Shown piece by piece: positions 10,437-21,137 of a stretch of 64,000 nt of DNA. Source of the stretch: an uncultured Bacteroides sp. GTDB taxonomy: Bacteria > Bacillota > Clostridia > Christensenellales > CAG-917. The DNA lies in assembly GCA_964499325.1 (NCBI GenBank), contig CAZCKS010000001.1, forward strand, positions 5,627 to 69,626. Reading direction: 5' to 3'. Position 1 is the first letter of the stretch. Each line of letters starts with the position of its first letter. A model generated the notes under the pieces. The model did no database searches. It was not told where the DNA came from and was given only the letters and a program-made list of their open reading frames with translations. The translations under genes were made by a program, and so were the position numbers.

Positions 10437-10856
10437 ATGGACGCAATTTTCAGTATGCAAAATCCAATATCCAAAAGCGACGCTCTCGCCTTACATCCTA
10501 TGGCGCTGGCGTTTGTCGGCGACGCGGTGCAGTCGCTTTATACTCGCACAAGAGTTACCGTCGGTTCGACGCAAAAGACAGGCGCTTTGCATAGAGAAGT
10601 CACAAAAGTAGTCAAAGCAGTGTCGCAATCCGCCGAGGCGGAAAAACTTCTTCCGCTGTTTGACGAAGACGAGCAAGACGTGTTCCGCAGGGCACGCAAC
10701 TGCAAGGTACAAACAAGCGCAAAACACGCAGAGATGAGCGAATACCGCCGTGCAAGCGGATTTGAAGCGGTGCTTGGCTATCTCTACCTCACAGGCAACA
10801 CGGCGCGACTTGAACAATTTCTTTGTGCTTGCTTTGAGGACAACATCAACGATTAA
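10437..10856 (+). CDS. mrnC: Mini-ribonuclease III
   Basis: ALAFVGDAVQSLYTRTRV ... FRRARNCK ... YRRASGFEAVLGYLYL. Followed by rlmB and a SigH-like sigma, as in the Bacillus cysS-mrnC-rlmB-sigH neighbourhood. The ORF track starts at 10350. I prefer the ATG at 10437, just downstream of an extended -10 (tgctaaaat, 10421-10429); the start is uncertain. Confidence 0.7.
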   Translation: MDAIFSMQNPISKSDALALHPMALAFVGDAVQSLYTRTRVTVGSTQKTGALHREVTKVVKAVSQSAEAEKLLPLFDEDEQDVFRRARNCKVQTSAKHAEMSEYRRASGFEAVLGYLYLTGNTARLEQFLCACFEDNIND

Positions 10857-10867
10857 GAGGAATTTTT

Positions 10868-11593
10868 ATGTATATCTACGGCAGAAATCCCGTCAAAGAA
10901 GCATATCGCGCTGGCAAGACGATAGACAAACTCTTTATGCAAAAGGGCGAATTTGATCCTATGCTTTCTCAAGTGCACAAACTCGCCAAAGAGGCACGCA
11001 CAGTGGTAAGTTATGTGGACAAAAACATGCTTGACAAACTCTCTTCGGGAGGTAATCATCAAGGTGTCGTCGCATCTGTAACCGACTTTGAATATTGCGC
11101 GGTAGAAGATATTCTCGCCCTCGCAAAAAGCAAGGAAGAGCCTCTTCTTATTCTGCTGTTGGACGGTATAACCGATCCGCACAATTTGGGTGCGATTATA
11201 CGTAGCGCAGAGTGCTTTGGCGCACACGGCATTGTCATCCCCAAGCACAGAAGCGTCAGCGTAAACGATACCGTCGTCAAGGTGGCATGCGGTGCGACCG
11301 AGCATATTTTGATTGCAAAAGTTACCAACATAAACGACACCATAAGAATGCTCAAAGAGCAAAATGTATGGGTTTATGCGACAGATTTCGACGGTAAAGC
11401 CCCGAAATGTGCAAATCTCAACGGAGATATAGCAATCGTTATCGGCAGCGAGGGCGAGGGTATCCACCGCCTGACAAAAGAACTTTGCGACGACGTCCTC
11501 ACCATTCCGCAATACGGCAAAGTCAATTCTCTCAATGCGTCCGTCGCAACGGGCATAACGCTTTATGAGGCGGTCAGACAAAGAAGAGAATGA
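10868..11593 (+). CDS. rlmB: 23S rRNA 2'-O-methyltransferase, SpoU/TrmH family (RlmB/YacO-like)
   Basis: YGRNPVKEA N-terminus, DGITDPHNLGAIIRSAECFG, IVIGSEGEGI, SLNASVATGITLYE. Confidence 0.8.
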   Translation: MYIYGRNPVKEAYRAGKTIDKLFMQKGEFDPMLSQVHKLAKEARTVVSYVDKNMLDKLSSGGNHQGVVASVTDFEYCAVEDILALAKSKEEPLLILLLDGITDPHNLGAIIRSAECFGAHGIVIPKHRSVSVNDTVVKVACGATEHILIAKVTNINDTIRMLKEQNVWVYATDFDGKAPKCANLNGDIAIVIGSEGEGIHRLTKELCDDVLTIPQYGKVNSLNASVATGITLYEAVRQRRE

Positions 11594-11632
11594 TCATTAT
11601 TATTTATCGGCAACCGCCAATCGGGGGACGAC

Positions 11633-12184
11633 ATGGATAAATCACAAGAAAACGACCTAATATTAAAAGCGCAAAACGGCGACCTTTCTGCAGAAAACGC
11701 CGTCGCTCTCGATTATCTCAATCTTACAAAATCCGTTGCTCGATCCTTTAACGTGGTTGGCGCACTCGATGTCGACGACCTGGCAGGGCACGGAATGCTT
11801 GGACTTATAAGAGCAATCCGCACTTACGACGTCAACGCAGGCGCGTCTTTTAAGACGTATGCGTCTAAATGTATAAGGAACGCTATCGTAGACGCTATGC
11901 GCACGACAAGCAACAATGTGGAAGAAGTTGACCTCTGCGAGGATATTCCCTCCAACGACAATCAAAACCCCGAAAATCTTTTTATAGAACACGAAGCGAC
12001 AAGCCTGCTTTTGGACGCTATTGCCGCCACCCTTACACCGACAGAATTTGCCGTACTCAAACTGCATATCGAAAGCATGAGTTACAAAGATATTGCCGAC
12101 GAATTGGGCATTGCGCAAAAAAAGGTTGACAACACCATATATTCTGCCAAAAAGAAAATCAAAAAATTAATTGGTAAGGATTAA
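11633..12184 (+). CDS. Sigma-70 family sigma factor, SigH-like by sequence and gene context
   Basis: Region 2: GMLGLIRAIRTYD...FKTYASKCIRNAIVDAMR. Region 4 HTH: SYKDIADELGIAQKKVDNTIYSAKKKI. Position after mrnC-rlmB. Confidence 0.7.
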   Translation: MDKSQENDLILKAQNGDLSAENAVALDYLNLTKSVARSFNVVGALDVDDLAGHGMLGLIRAIRTYDVNAGASFKTYASKCIRNAIVDAMRTTSNNVEEVDLCEDIPSNDNQNPENLFIEHEATSLLLDAIAATLTPTEFAVLKLHIESMSYKDIADELGIAQKKVDNTIYSAKKKIKKLIGKD

Positions 12185-12206
12185 TTTAAATCAAAAATTC
12201 ATATAG

Positions 12207-12234
12207 AAAAAGCCTTCGGAATCGAAGGCTTTTT
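12207..12234. terminator. Intrinsic terminator, bidirectional
   Basis: aaaaagccttcg gaat cgaaggcttttt. Confidence 0.8.
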
Positions 12235-12263
12235 CTGTTTTATTTTAGGATAAGGGAGATGAA

Positions 12264-13343
12264 TTATTTGTTTTCTTCCACTTTTTGCACGCTTACGTTT
12301 CCGCTAACACCAACGTTAAGTTGGTCGCCCGTTGCATCGTATTTTGCCATACCTTCAACATTTGCGGTTGCTTGATACTTGCCACATACACTACCAACAA
12401 TGGGAAGTTCCATGCTCGGAACATTGACCGTTGCCGTCACATTGCCTGTGATGTTGAATTCGCCTGCATTCTCTGTGCTGTTTGCATATACATTGACGGT
12501 TGCGTTGAATGATACGCCATAACCAACCACCGTTGCTTCGCCTGCAACTGTCACGACTGCACCGTAACCGCTTTCGTCGATTTTGCCGAGTTCGATTGTT
12601 ACGCTTGCGTTTGCACTTACGCTTTCAAGCACGCTTGCGCCTGCGCCGAGTTCAAGAACGACGGTGCCGTTTTTCTTGGAATAAGCCTTGATGCCTGCAA
12701 ATGCCGTTGCATACTCTTTGTCGTCTGCGCCGAGTGCAAATACCATTGCTTCTTTTTCCTTATCAAATCTTGCTATACCGCTAAATTCATAAGTGAAGGG
12801 CTCCTCGTCTCCATTGGGGACAACTACCATTGCGTTGAAGGTGTAATCTTTTGTGCCTTCAAGTTTCTCTTCGCCGACGATACCGACATACAAAGAGTAA
12901 GAATAGGTCTTCTCTTCGCCCGTCTTCTTGTCAACGTATGTGCCGGAAATCGTAATCTTTTGAGAATAATCGTCTCTGTCGCTTTCGGTTGCAGTCTCAA
13001 CCTTCACGCCGTTTTCGCCGAGAAGTTGATCCACTTTATTGACAACCTTATCGAGAGTGGGTTGGAGCATTTCCGCGATACCGCTAACTTGTGCACCGAT
13101 AACTGCATCAAGTTTGCCGTCGCCAACCGTGAGGTTAACGCCTGCTTGGAAATCGTCTTGTGCGTCATCCGCTGCCGTACCTGCTCCCGTTGCGAGTGAT
13201 TGAGTTGCAAGAGCAACTGCAGTACCCAAAACTTCAGAGTTGGACGCGGTGTTGTCGTCATCATTATTGCATGCTACGAGTGCAACCATAGAGAGTGAAA
13301 GAACAAGCACTATGGAAAGAACCGCTATAACTGTCTTTTTCAT
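12264..13343 (-). CDS. Lipoprotein, unknown function
   Basis: Signal ends in ALVAC. Gly/Ala/Val/Thr-rich beta-type composition. Long ORF with clean boundaries. Confidence 0.75.
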   Translation of the reverse strand: MKKTVIAVLSIVLVLSLSMVALVACNNDDDNTASNSEVLGTAVALATQSLATGAGTAADDAQDDFQAGVNLTVGDGKLDAVIGAQVSGIAEMLQPTLDKVVNKVDQLLGENGVKVETATESDRDDYSQKITISGTYVDKKTGEEKTYSYSLYVGIVGEEKLEGTKDYTFNAMVVVPNGDEEPFTYEFSGIARFDKEKEAMVFALGADDKEYATAFAGIKAYSKKNGTVVLELGAGASVLESVSANASVTIELGKIDESGYGAVVTVAGEATVVGYGVSFNATVNVYANSTENAGEFNITGNVTATVNVPSMELPIVGSVCGKYQATANVEGMAKYDATGDQLNVGVSGNVSVQKVEENK

Positions 13344-13768
13344 GTTTAATTTCTCCTTACAAAAAGATGTGTGTCATATCTTTGACGCTATCATAATACA
13401 ACCGTTCAATAAAGTTGAACTGAACGAAACATAAAGACTTCCTTAAGAATTTGTAAATTTATAAGACAAAAGGGCGATTATGTTTATAGGTGTATTATTA
13501 TGCCTTATATATAAGTATCTTTATATAAACATAAAAATCAAAAATGGATAAATACCTTGTTAGATATATACAATTTTGCAATTTCCTCAATTAGATTTTC
13601 AGAAAACAGGCGGATTGCTCTTCGCAAGTCGCGATTGTAAAAAAATTAACGCTTTTTGAAAATTAGATTGCTTAAATAATTGCCAAACACAATTTATTTG
13701 TGTACAATATTCACGATTTAGACGGAATAGATTGCGGATTGACCGCAAATTATTTAAGGGAGTATACT

Positions 13769-14404
13769 ATGGATAAAATTGCATTGCAAGCAAAATTAGA
13801 CGATCAAAAATGGAATGACAGCATCGCCAATCATCGCGATATGTGCGGAGCATACGACTATTGCGCATTCTGCGACAAGAGCGTCGCTCTTCCCTGCGCA
13901 TCTGCATTTGAAAAAATGAACGAGCCGAAAGTGGCACCCAAACAAGAAGAAGTCAAAGAAGAAACGGATGTAACTTCTCTCCACTCTTCCCTCGGCAAGA
14001 AATTCGATTACGACAAAGTAATGGCAAAGAAAGCGTCACGCAAGAGCCTCACTTTTGCAGAAAAATATGCTCTTTCAGACGATATTATCAAAGAACGTTA
14101 CGCAATACTTAAAGACGCTCTTACCGCAACGCCCAAGGGTGCGCCTAAGATTAAGAGCCGTATCAGCAAGCAATGCGATACATACCGTAGAGACGGCGAC
14201 ATCGTGGCAAAGGTCACAATCATCGGTACGTCTTTGCGTATCAATCTCCCCCTCGATCCCGACGCTCCCGAATTTAACGACGGTCGCACGCCGCACACCT
14301 CAACGGGACATAAGAAAGTATACGAGGATGTTCCCTTCCAATTCAAAGTCAATAGCAAACTTGCTCTCAAACGTGCACTTGTGCTTATCGACCTTGTAAA
14401 ATAA
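13769..14404 (+). CDS. Hypothetical protein (N-terminal Cys cluster, Lys-rich linker)
   Basis: Start set at the ATG at 13769 behind RBS aagggag. Contains CGAYDYCAFCDKSVALPC. No family recognised. Confidence 0.65.
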   Translation: MDKIALQAKLDDQKWNDSIANHRDMCGAYDYCAFCDKSVALPCASAFEKMNEPKVAPKQEEVKEETDVTSLHSSLGKKFDYDKVMAKKASRKSLTFAEKYALSDDIIKERYAILKDALTATPKGAPKIKSRISKQCDTYRRDGDIVAKVTIIGTSLRINLPLDPDAPEFNDGRTPHTSTGHKKVYEDVPFQFKVNSKLALKRALVLIDLVK

Positions 14405-14422
14405 CACCCACATTAATCGCAT

Positions 14423-14455
14423 AAACGCCGTGTTAAGCACGGCGTTTTCTTTTTG
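14423..14455 (+). terminator. Intrinsic terminator
   Basis: aacgccgtg ttaag cacggcgtt followed by ttttcttttt. Confidence 0.8.
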
Positions 14456-14591
14456 TTCAAGAACTATTTTCATTACAAGAGATTTGTGATATTGTATAAA
14501 ATCATTTTTATATTTGCGCTTTCAAAATATTTTGCTTTTCATATATGAAAAAATGCTCTATAATTGTTTTATTAATTCGCAAGGAGCCGTT

Positions 14592-16112
14592 ATGCAAAAA
14601 ATTCTCATCATTGACTTTGGCGGTCAATATAAAGAACTTATAGCAAGGGTTGTGCGCCACATGGGTGTGTATTCCGTCATAAAGCCATGGGATACGGACA
14701 TAAATGCCATAAAAGAAATAGATCCTATCGGCATAATATTTACGGGTGGTCCGCACAGCGTATATCTTGACGGCGCACCTGCGTGCTCAAAAGAGGTGTT
14801 TGACCTCGGCGTGCCGATTTTGGGAATATGCTACGGCATGCAACACATCGCCGATTTCTTCGGAGGAAAGGTAGAAAAGGGCATTGTGCGCGAATACGGC
14901 GCAACAACGGTGCGAATAAGCCAATCCTCTCTTCTATTTGACGGACTTAAAAATGAAGAAATTATGTTGATGAGCCACACGGACTACATTACAAGAGTTC
15001 CCGACGATTTTGTTACCACGGCATACACAAAGGATTGTCCGTGCGTTGCATTTGAAAACACTCAACGACGTGTGTATGGAGTTCAGTTCCACCCCGAAGT
15101 GGAAATCTCACAAAACGGCGAAAAACTGCTTGAAAACTTTGTTGTGGGAATATGCGGAGCAACACGCGATTACTCACTTGACGATTATATAGAGAGACAA
15201 ACCCGTCTCATACAAGAGCAAGTCGGCGACAAAAAAGTCTTGCTAGGATTGTCAGGCGGTGTGGACAGCGCAGTCGTTGCCGCCCTTATAAGCAAGGCTT
15301 TGCCCAATCAACTGCTTTGCGTATATGTCGATCACGGCTTTATGCGTAAAAACGAAACCGAAGAAATAAAGCAAGCGATGAGCGTGCTCCCCTTAAAACT
15401 TGAGGTTGTAGACGCCAAGGAACGTTTCTTTAAAAAGGTGGAAAACATCACCGATCCCGAACAAAAGCGCAAGATTATCGGCGGAGAGTTTGTAAAGGTG
15501 TTTGCAGAGATTGCAAAACAGCATAGCGGATATGATTATCTTGCTCAAGGCACAATTTATCCCGACGTAATAGAATCGGGAGCAAAAAACTCCGCCACTA
15601 TAAAAACGCATCACAACGTCGGCGGACTGCCTGAAAACCTGCCGTTTATAGGACTTGTGGAACCTCTGCGCGACCTATTTAAAGACGAAGTGCGCATCAT
15701 AGGGACAAAACTCGGATTGCCCGACAGCATCGTGTCGAGACAACCCTTCCCCGGTCCAGGACTTTCCATACGTTGTATAGGCGAAATAACCAAAGAAAAA
15801 CTTGCAATTTTGCAAGACGCAGATTACATCTTGCGTGAAGAATTTGCCAAAGCAAATGTGAAAGCAGACCAATTCTTCGCCGTAATCACAGACACGAAAT
15901 CCGTCGGCGTAATAGGCGATTATCGCAACTACGGCTATGTGGTGGTATTGCGTGCGGTTACGACGTCCGACTTCATGACCGCCGAATTCACAAGAGTGCC
16001 TTATGAGGTGCTTGCGATTGTTTCCTCTCGCATAGTAAACGAGGTGCGAGGCGTAAGCAGAGTGTGTTATGACGTCACAAGCAAACCGCCGGCGACAATC
16101 GAATGGGAATAA
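14592..16112 (+). CDS. guaA: GMP synthase (glutamine-hydrolysing)
   Basis: Start at the ATG at 14592 behind aaggag. GATase motifs (IIDFGGQY, ICYGMQ, FHPEV), ATP-PPase SGGVDS, C-terminus KPPATIEWE. Confidence 0.95.
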   Translation: MQKILIIDFGGQYKELIARVVRHMGVYSVIKPWDTDINAIKEIDPIGIIFTGGPHSVYLDGAPACSKEVFDLGVPILGICYGMQHIADFFGGKVEKGIVREYGATTVRISQSSLLFDGLKNEEIMLMSHTDYITRVPDDFVTTAYTKDCPCVAFENTQRRVYGVQFHPEVEISQNGEKLLENFVVGICGATRDYSLDDYIERQTRLIQEQVGDKKVLLGLSGGVDSAVVAALISKALPNQLLCVYVDHGFMRKNETEEIKQAMSVLPLKLEVVDAKERFFKKVENITDPEQKRKIIGGEFVKVFAEIAKQHSGYDYLAQGTIYPDVIESGAKNSATIKTHHNVGGLPENLPFIGLVEPLRDLFKDEVRIIGTKLGLPDSIVSRQPFPGPGLSIRCIGEITKEKLAILQDADYILREEFAKANVKADQFFAVITDTKSVGVIGDYRNYGYVVVLRAVTTSDFMTAEFTRVPYEVLAIVSSRIVNEVRGVSRVCYDVTSKPPATIEWE

Positions 16113-16224
16113 AAAGCGTAAATAATCATATCGTGGAGACAGAATTTGTCGCAAAACGCCTATAAACGACAAGAATAAAAACACTATAAAACAGAAAAAC
16201 AACCGCAATCTCACGGAGTATACA

Positions 16225-16671
16225 ATGCAAAAGATAGACGTAAAAATCAAAAAACTCAATCCCGACGCAATACTGCCAAAGTATGGTACGGAATTTTCCG
16301 CAGGTGCCGACCTTTATGCGTGCGAAGGCAAAGAAATCACGATCGAAGCACATCAAACGGTGTTTGTCCACACAGGCGTGGCGGTGCAAATACCAGAGGG
16401 TACAGTGGGCTTGATTTATGCCAGAAGCGGACTTGCCTCAAAGCGCGCGCTTGCCCCTGCAAATAAGGTTGGCGTTATCGACAGCGATTATAGAGGCGAA
16501 CTTATCGTCGCTCTTCACAACCACTCAAACGAGGCGCAAACAATAGGCGACAAAGAGCGCATTGCGCAACTTGTTATTGTGCCGTATTTGTCTGCGGATT
16601 TTATTGAATGCAAATCTCTCGACGATACATCTCGTGGTGAAAACGGATTCGGAAGCACAGGCAAAAACTAA
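16225..16671 (+). CDS. dut: dUTP diphosphatase
   Basis: AGADLYA, ARSGLASK, VIDSDYRGE, GFGSTG. Confidence 0.9.
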   Translation: MQKIDVKIKKLNPDAILPKYGTEFSAGADLYACEGKEITIEAHQTVFVHTGVAVQIPEGTVGLIYARSGLASKRALAPANKVGVIDSDYRGELIVALHNHSNEAQTIGDKERIAQLVIVPYLSADFIECKSLDDTSRGENGFGSTGKN

Positions 16672-16705
16672 AATCAATGGACAAATAGCCAATTAAGCCA
16701 ACAAT

Positions 16706-16749
16706 AAAAGAGGTTTATGTGTGCCAAATGCGCATATAAACCTCTTTTT
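16706..16749. terminator. Long bidirectional terminator between dut and cysS
   Basis: aaaagaggtttatgtg ... cgcatataaacctctttt. Confidence 0.75.
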
Positions 16750-16774
16750 GTGTGTGTTTTATTATTCTTTGATT

Positions 16775-18175
16775 TTAGATTTTTTCGGCAAACGAGCCTT
16801 GCGGTGTGTCTTTGACGGCATATCCCAAGGCGGCAATTTGCGCTCTCAACGCATCTGCCGTTGACCAGTCTTTATTCTGCTTTGCAAGACGCCTTTGCTC
16901 GACGAGGTTAATAACTTCTTGTGGCACGTCGCTTTCCTTTTGCGCTTGCTTATCCTCATAATACTTGACAAACTCGTCGGGATTTTCCTTGAACAAACCA
17001 AGCAAAGAATAAGTCTTTGCCACTTGATTTGCATCGGCTACGGCGTCGGCGTCCCCTGCTTTAAGTTTTGCCTTTATGCCCTTGAATATACCGAACAAAT
17101 CGGCAAGTGCTTTAGCAGTGTTGAAATCGTCATCCATAGCACGGTTGAATCCGTCATCAATCCACTTGCTTGTCTTATCGCTTGAAAGTCCGCTGTTTTT
17201 GACATCGGCAAGCGTCTTATAAAAGCCGTACATGTGCTTGTCCGCATCGGGGAACAACTCGTCGGTAATATTTATATCGCCTCTGTAATTTGTTTGCAAA
17301 AGCGCATATTTGATAGTGTCGGGCTTATATTTTTCAAGCAAATCGGCAAGCAAAAGACTGTTGCCCAGCGACTTGCTCATTTTTTGTCCGTTGACTTTGA
17401 TAAGACCGTTATGAATCCAGTATTTTGCAAATTGTTTGCCCGTGAGAGCCTCTGTTTGCGCAATTTCGTTTTCGTGATGCGGGAATATCAAATCTCTTCC
17501 GCCGCCGTGCACGTCGATTTGCTCGCCAAAAGCGTTCATGTTCATAGCAGAGCATTCGATATGCCAACCGGGTCTACCCTTACCCCAAGGCGACTCCCAA
17601 TAAATCTCGCCCTCTTTGGCGGATTTCCAAAGCGCAAAATCAAGTGGATTACGCTTGTTGTCCTCATTCTCTATGCGCACACTTTCATAAGCGTCTTCAA
17701 GGCGTCTGCCGCTCAACTTGCCATAGCCGGGGAAACTTTCGACCGCAAAATACACGTCGCCCCTATCCGTTGCATAGGCGTGTCCTTTCTCTATAAGTTT
17801 GGATACAAAAGCGATGATATTATCTATATTTTGAGTTGCTTTAAGCCAAATTGTGGGATCGTCCACCTCAAATTCACGCATGAGTTTGTCTATGCGCTCA
17901 ATCATCATTTGTGCATATTCGAGGGCGGGGATCCCCGTTTCTTGAGATTTTGCGATAATCTTATCGTCAACGTCCGTGTAGTTGCGCGCATAATTTACGT
18001 TGTAACCGATTTTTTCAAAATACTTGCGGATTATATCGTAAATAAGCGCTTGATAAGCGTGTCCGATATGTGCGTCGCCCGATACCGTGATACCGCACGC
18101 ATACATATTTACTTGCCCGTCGTGAAGCGGTGCAAAGTCCTCTTTTTTTCTTGTGAGTGTGTTGTATATTTTCAT
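16775..18175 (-). CDS. cysS: Cysteine--tRNA ligase
   Basis: Class I signatures HIGHAY and KMSKSLGN; 466 aa. Confidence 0.95.
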   Translation of the reverse strand: MKIYNTLTRKKEDFAPLHDGQVNMYACGITVSGDAHIGHAYQALIYDIIRKYFEKIGYNVNYARNYTDVDDKIIAKSQETGIPALEYAQMMIERIDKLMREFEVDDPTIWLKATQNIDNIIAFVSKLIEKGHAYATDRGDVYFAVESFPGYGKLSGRRLEDAYESVRIENEDNKRNPLDFALWKSAKEGEIYWESPWGKGRPGWHIECSAMNMNAFGEQIDVHGGGRDLIFPHHENEIAQTEALTGKQFAKYWIHNGLIKVNGQKMSKSLGNSLLLADLLEKYKPDTIKYALLQTNYRGDINITDELFPDADKHMYGFYKTLADVKNSGLSSDKTSKWIDDGFNRAMDDDFNTAKALADLFGIFKGIKAKLKAGDADAVADANQVAKTYSLLGLFKENPDEFVKYYEDKQAQKESDVPQEVINLVEQRRLAKQNKDWSTADALRAQIAALGYAVKDTPQGSFAEKI

Positions 18176-18184
18176 AGTTTTTTA

Positions 18185-18925
18185 TTACGGATTTTCCGCC
18201 TTTTGAGATTTGTTTTGTTCAAATTGCGACTCGATTTCCTCTACTTCCGACGGCAATATATTATCCTCGTCCAAAGTGATGGAATATCTGCACGCCTTAA
18301 CGTCCATAGCCTTTTCAAGTTGATAAATTCGCTTGTTGAGGCGTTTGAACTCCTCCATAATCGGGTCGGGCAAAAGTATCTGGTCCATATCCGCAACACG
18401 CTTTCCGTCTTGCTTGACCACCCTGCCCGGTACGCCGACGACGGTCGAATACGGCGGAACGTCTTTTAGCACCACGCTTCCTGCGCCTATTTTGCTATGT
18501 GCGCCAACCCTCACGGGACCGAGAACCTTTGCGCCTGCCGAAATCATAACGCCTTCCTCGATTGTGGGGTGACGCTTGCCAATATCCTTGCCTGTACCGC
18601 CGAGGGTAACGCCCTGATAAAGCACGCAATCGTCGCCTATCTCCGTTGTCTCACCAATCACAAGCCCTACGCCATGGTCTATGAATATACCTGCGCCGAT
18701 TGTCGCTCCGGGATGAATATCAATCCCCGTGCGCACCTTTGCCCTGTATGACATATATAGGGCAAGCGCCTTGAGATTGTGTTGCCAACACCAATGAGCG
18801 CGACGATATGCGCAAAGCGCCTTATATCCCGTGTACGTGCGCCTAACTTCCCTTGCGTTTGTCGCTGCAGGATCGTTTTGCAATATCTTTTGCAAATCGC
18901 GCTTTTTGGCTTGACTTATTTTCAT
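18185..18925 (-). CDS. cysE: Serine O-acetyltransferase
   Basis: Hexapeptide-repeat core IHPGATIGAGIFIDHGVGLVIGETTEIGDDCVLYQGVTLGG. Directly upstream of cysS. Confidence 0.9.
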   Translation of the reverse strand: MKISQAKKRDLQKILQNDPAATNAREVRRTYTGYKALCAYRRAHWCWQHNLKALALYMSYRAKVRTGIDIHPGATIGAGIFIDHGVGLVIGETTEIGDDCVLYQGVTLGGTGKDIGKRHPTIEEGVMISAGAKVLGPVRVGAHSKIGAGSVVLKDVPPYSTVVGVPGRVVKQDGKRVADMDQILLPDPIMEEFKRLNKRIYQLEKAMDVKACRYSITLDEDNILPSEVEEIESQFEQNKSQKAENP

Positions 18926-18934
18926 ATATCCTCG

Positions 18935-20827
18935 TTATTGAATATTGTTGTCGGAGAGAGTGGATTCTCCTCTGTTGATTTTCGATGAGAAGAGACTGTT
19001 CTCGTTGCCGTTTTCCTCTCCGAAAAGCGCGTCGATTTCGTCTTCGTAAATGGTCTCTTTTTCATACAAAGCCTTGACCATTGCGTCCATAATCGGACGG
19101 TTTTCTTTGAGGATGTTGAGTGCGACTTGATATTGATCGTCGATGATTGTCTTTACCTCTTCGTCAATCTTTGCAGCAACTTCCTCGCTATAATTGAGGT
19201 GTGCTTGATAGTCTCTGCCAAGGAAAACTTCTTCGCTGGAGCCAAGATACATATTGCCGATTGATTCGGACATACCCCACTCGGTAACCATCTTTCTTGC
19301 AAGTTGAGACGCGCGTTGGATGTCGTTGGACGCACCTGTGGAAATGTCTTTGATGACAATCTCTTCCGCCGCTCTACCACCAAGCATCATTGCGATCGTA
19401 TCAAGCAACTTGCCTTTTGTCATGTGGTTGTCGTCGTTTTCGGGAAGAGTAATGGTATATCCCGCCGCCATACCGCGAGGAATAATGCTGACCTCATGCA
19501 CGTTGTCACAATGCTTCATAAGTTTTGCAACGATTGCGTGTCCGCTCTCATGATATGCGGTGATACGCTTATCCGTCTCGGTTACAAGACGAGATTTCTT
19601 TGCAGGACCTGCCATAACCTTGTTGATAGCCTCGCTTATATCCTTCATCGTGATAAGTTTTCTATCGTCACGAGCGGCAAGAATTGCAGACTCATTGAGG
19701 ATGTTTTCAATATCCGCACCGGTAAAGCCAGACGTAAGTCTTGCAAGGCTCTTGAAGTTGACTTCTTGCGCAAGCGGTTTGTTGCGAGCGTGTACCTTGA
19801 AGATTTCTTCTCTGCCTTTGACATCGGGAACATTGACGTAAATTTGTCTGTCAAATCTACCCGGACGCATAAGCGCAGGGTCGAGAATATCTGCGCGGTT
19901 GGTTGCCGCCATAACTATAATGGAACTGTTTGCCTCAAAACCGTCCATTTGCACGAGCAGTTGGTTGAGCGTTTGCTCTCTCTCGTCGTTTCCACCGCCA
20001 AGACCTGCGCCTCTTTGACGTCCGACTGCGTCGATTTCGTCAATGAAAATAATGCAAGGCATATTCTTTTGCGCTTGGTCAAACAAGTCTCTAACGCGAG
20101 ACGCCCCAACGCCAACAAACATTTCCACAAAGTCAGAACCGCTTATCGAGAAGAACGGCACGTTTGCCTCGCCTGCAACCGCTTTTGCAAACAACGTTTT
20201 ACCCGTTCCCGGAGGGCCTACAAGAAGAACGCCCTTGGGAATACGTGCGCCGATGTCCGTATATTTCTTGGGATGTTTGAGGAAGTCGACAATCTCTTGA
20301 AGTTCTTGTTTCTCTTCCTCTGCGCCTGCAACGTCGTTAAATCTAACTTTGATGTCGCGCACTTGGTTTGCTTTAGTCTTACCGAAGTTCATTGCCTGCG
20401 AATTTGCGCCCGCACTCTTGCGAAGCACAATCATAAACACAGCAAACAACGCTCCGTAAAGAATGAGCGGAACAACTATGCTGGAAATGAGAGAACCGCT
20501 TGACGGATCGTCAAATCTGACGGTAACACCGTTGAGAAGACCTTGTGCCCTCAAATCGTCAATATCTTCTTTAAACGCTGTTCTGTTGCTGATATTCACA
20601 AAATAAGAATATCCCTTGTCACCAACTCTTTTGATCTGTGCGCTGTATGATCCTTCTATATAAATCGCCTCAACCTGCCCGTCTTTGAGCATTTGTTCAA
20701 GGCTGTTTTCCGCACCATAGAAATAAATTTCCGTCGGTTTTGTCAATTCATAAGCAATGACAAATGCGACGATAATAAGAATTATCACGCCGACGATGAT
20801 AAGAGTGCGCTTGGTTGACGTTTTCAT
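18935..20827 (-). CDS. ftsH: ATP-dependent zinc metalloprotease FtsH
   Basis: Start moved to MKTSTKR behind RBS aggagga. Walker [15 protein letters not shown] region, HEXXH (HESGH). Confidence 0.95.
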   Translation of the reverse strand: MKTSTKRTLIIVGVIILIIVAFVIAYELTKPTEIYFYGAENSLEQMLKDGQVEAIYIEGSYSAQIKRVGDKGYSYFVNISNRTAFKEDIDDLRAQGLLNGVTVRFDDPSSGSLISSIVVPLILYGALFAVFMIVLRKSAGANSQAMNFGKTKANQVRDIKVRFNDVAGAEEEKQELQEIVDFLKHPKKYTDIGARIPKGVLLVGPPGTGKTLFAKAVAGEANVPFFSISGSDFVEMFVGVGASRVRDLFDQAQKNMPCIIFIDEIDAVGRQRGAGLGGGNDEREQTLNQLLVQMDGFEANSSIIVMAATNRADILDPALMRPGRFDRQIYVNVPDVKGREEIFKVHARNKPLAQEVNFKSLARLTSGFTGADIENILNESAILAARDDRKLITMKDISEAINKVMAGPAKKSRLVTETDKRITAYHESGHAIVAKLMKHCDNVHEVSIIPRGMAAGYTITLPENDDNHMTKGKLLDTIAMMLGGRAAEEIVIKDISTGASNDIQRASQLARKMVTEWGMSESIGNMYLGSSEEVFLGRDYQAHLNYSEEVAAKIDEEVKTIIDDQYQVALNILKENRPIMDAMVKALYEKETIYEDEIDALFGEENGNENSLFSSKINRGESTLSDNNIQ

Positions 20828-21137
20828 CTTTCCTCCTGAATGCGCCATACATATAACCGAATTTTTGTTGTTTTATTATATATATGTTCTACACATTATA
20901 AAAATTAAATACAAAAAAGTCAACGCAACAGGAACAATTAGATTGCCGTTGCGCCCTCTTTGTATCTTATTATGAGAAAATATTAAAGAAAAATTATTAA
21001 AAGCATATTAAACAAGACTTAATTTATTTGCTCATTCCCCCATCTATAACAAAGAATGTATCGACTTGCGTAAAATAAGATAAGCACCTCATTAGAGATG
21101 CTTAACCTATAAAAATTGTGCGATTATAATGATTTTG

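Noticed and set aside
14405-14591. Searched for a purine riboswitch upstream of guaA and for T-box leaders upstream of proS (36475-36676) and cysE
   Set aside because: No conserved riboswitch or T-box core sequences were seen by eye; only promoters and terminators. A covariance-model scan would be the decisive test.
17234-20503. Long plus-strand ORFs 17234..18469 (411 aa) and 19304..20503 (399 aa)
   Set aside because: They lie antisense to cysS/cysE and ftsH, which carry unambiguous motifs. Their composition (Cys/Arg/Phe-rich, no motifs, no RBS) is typical of shadow ORFs.
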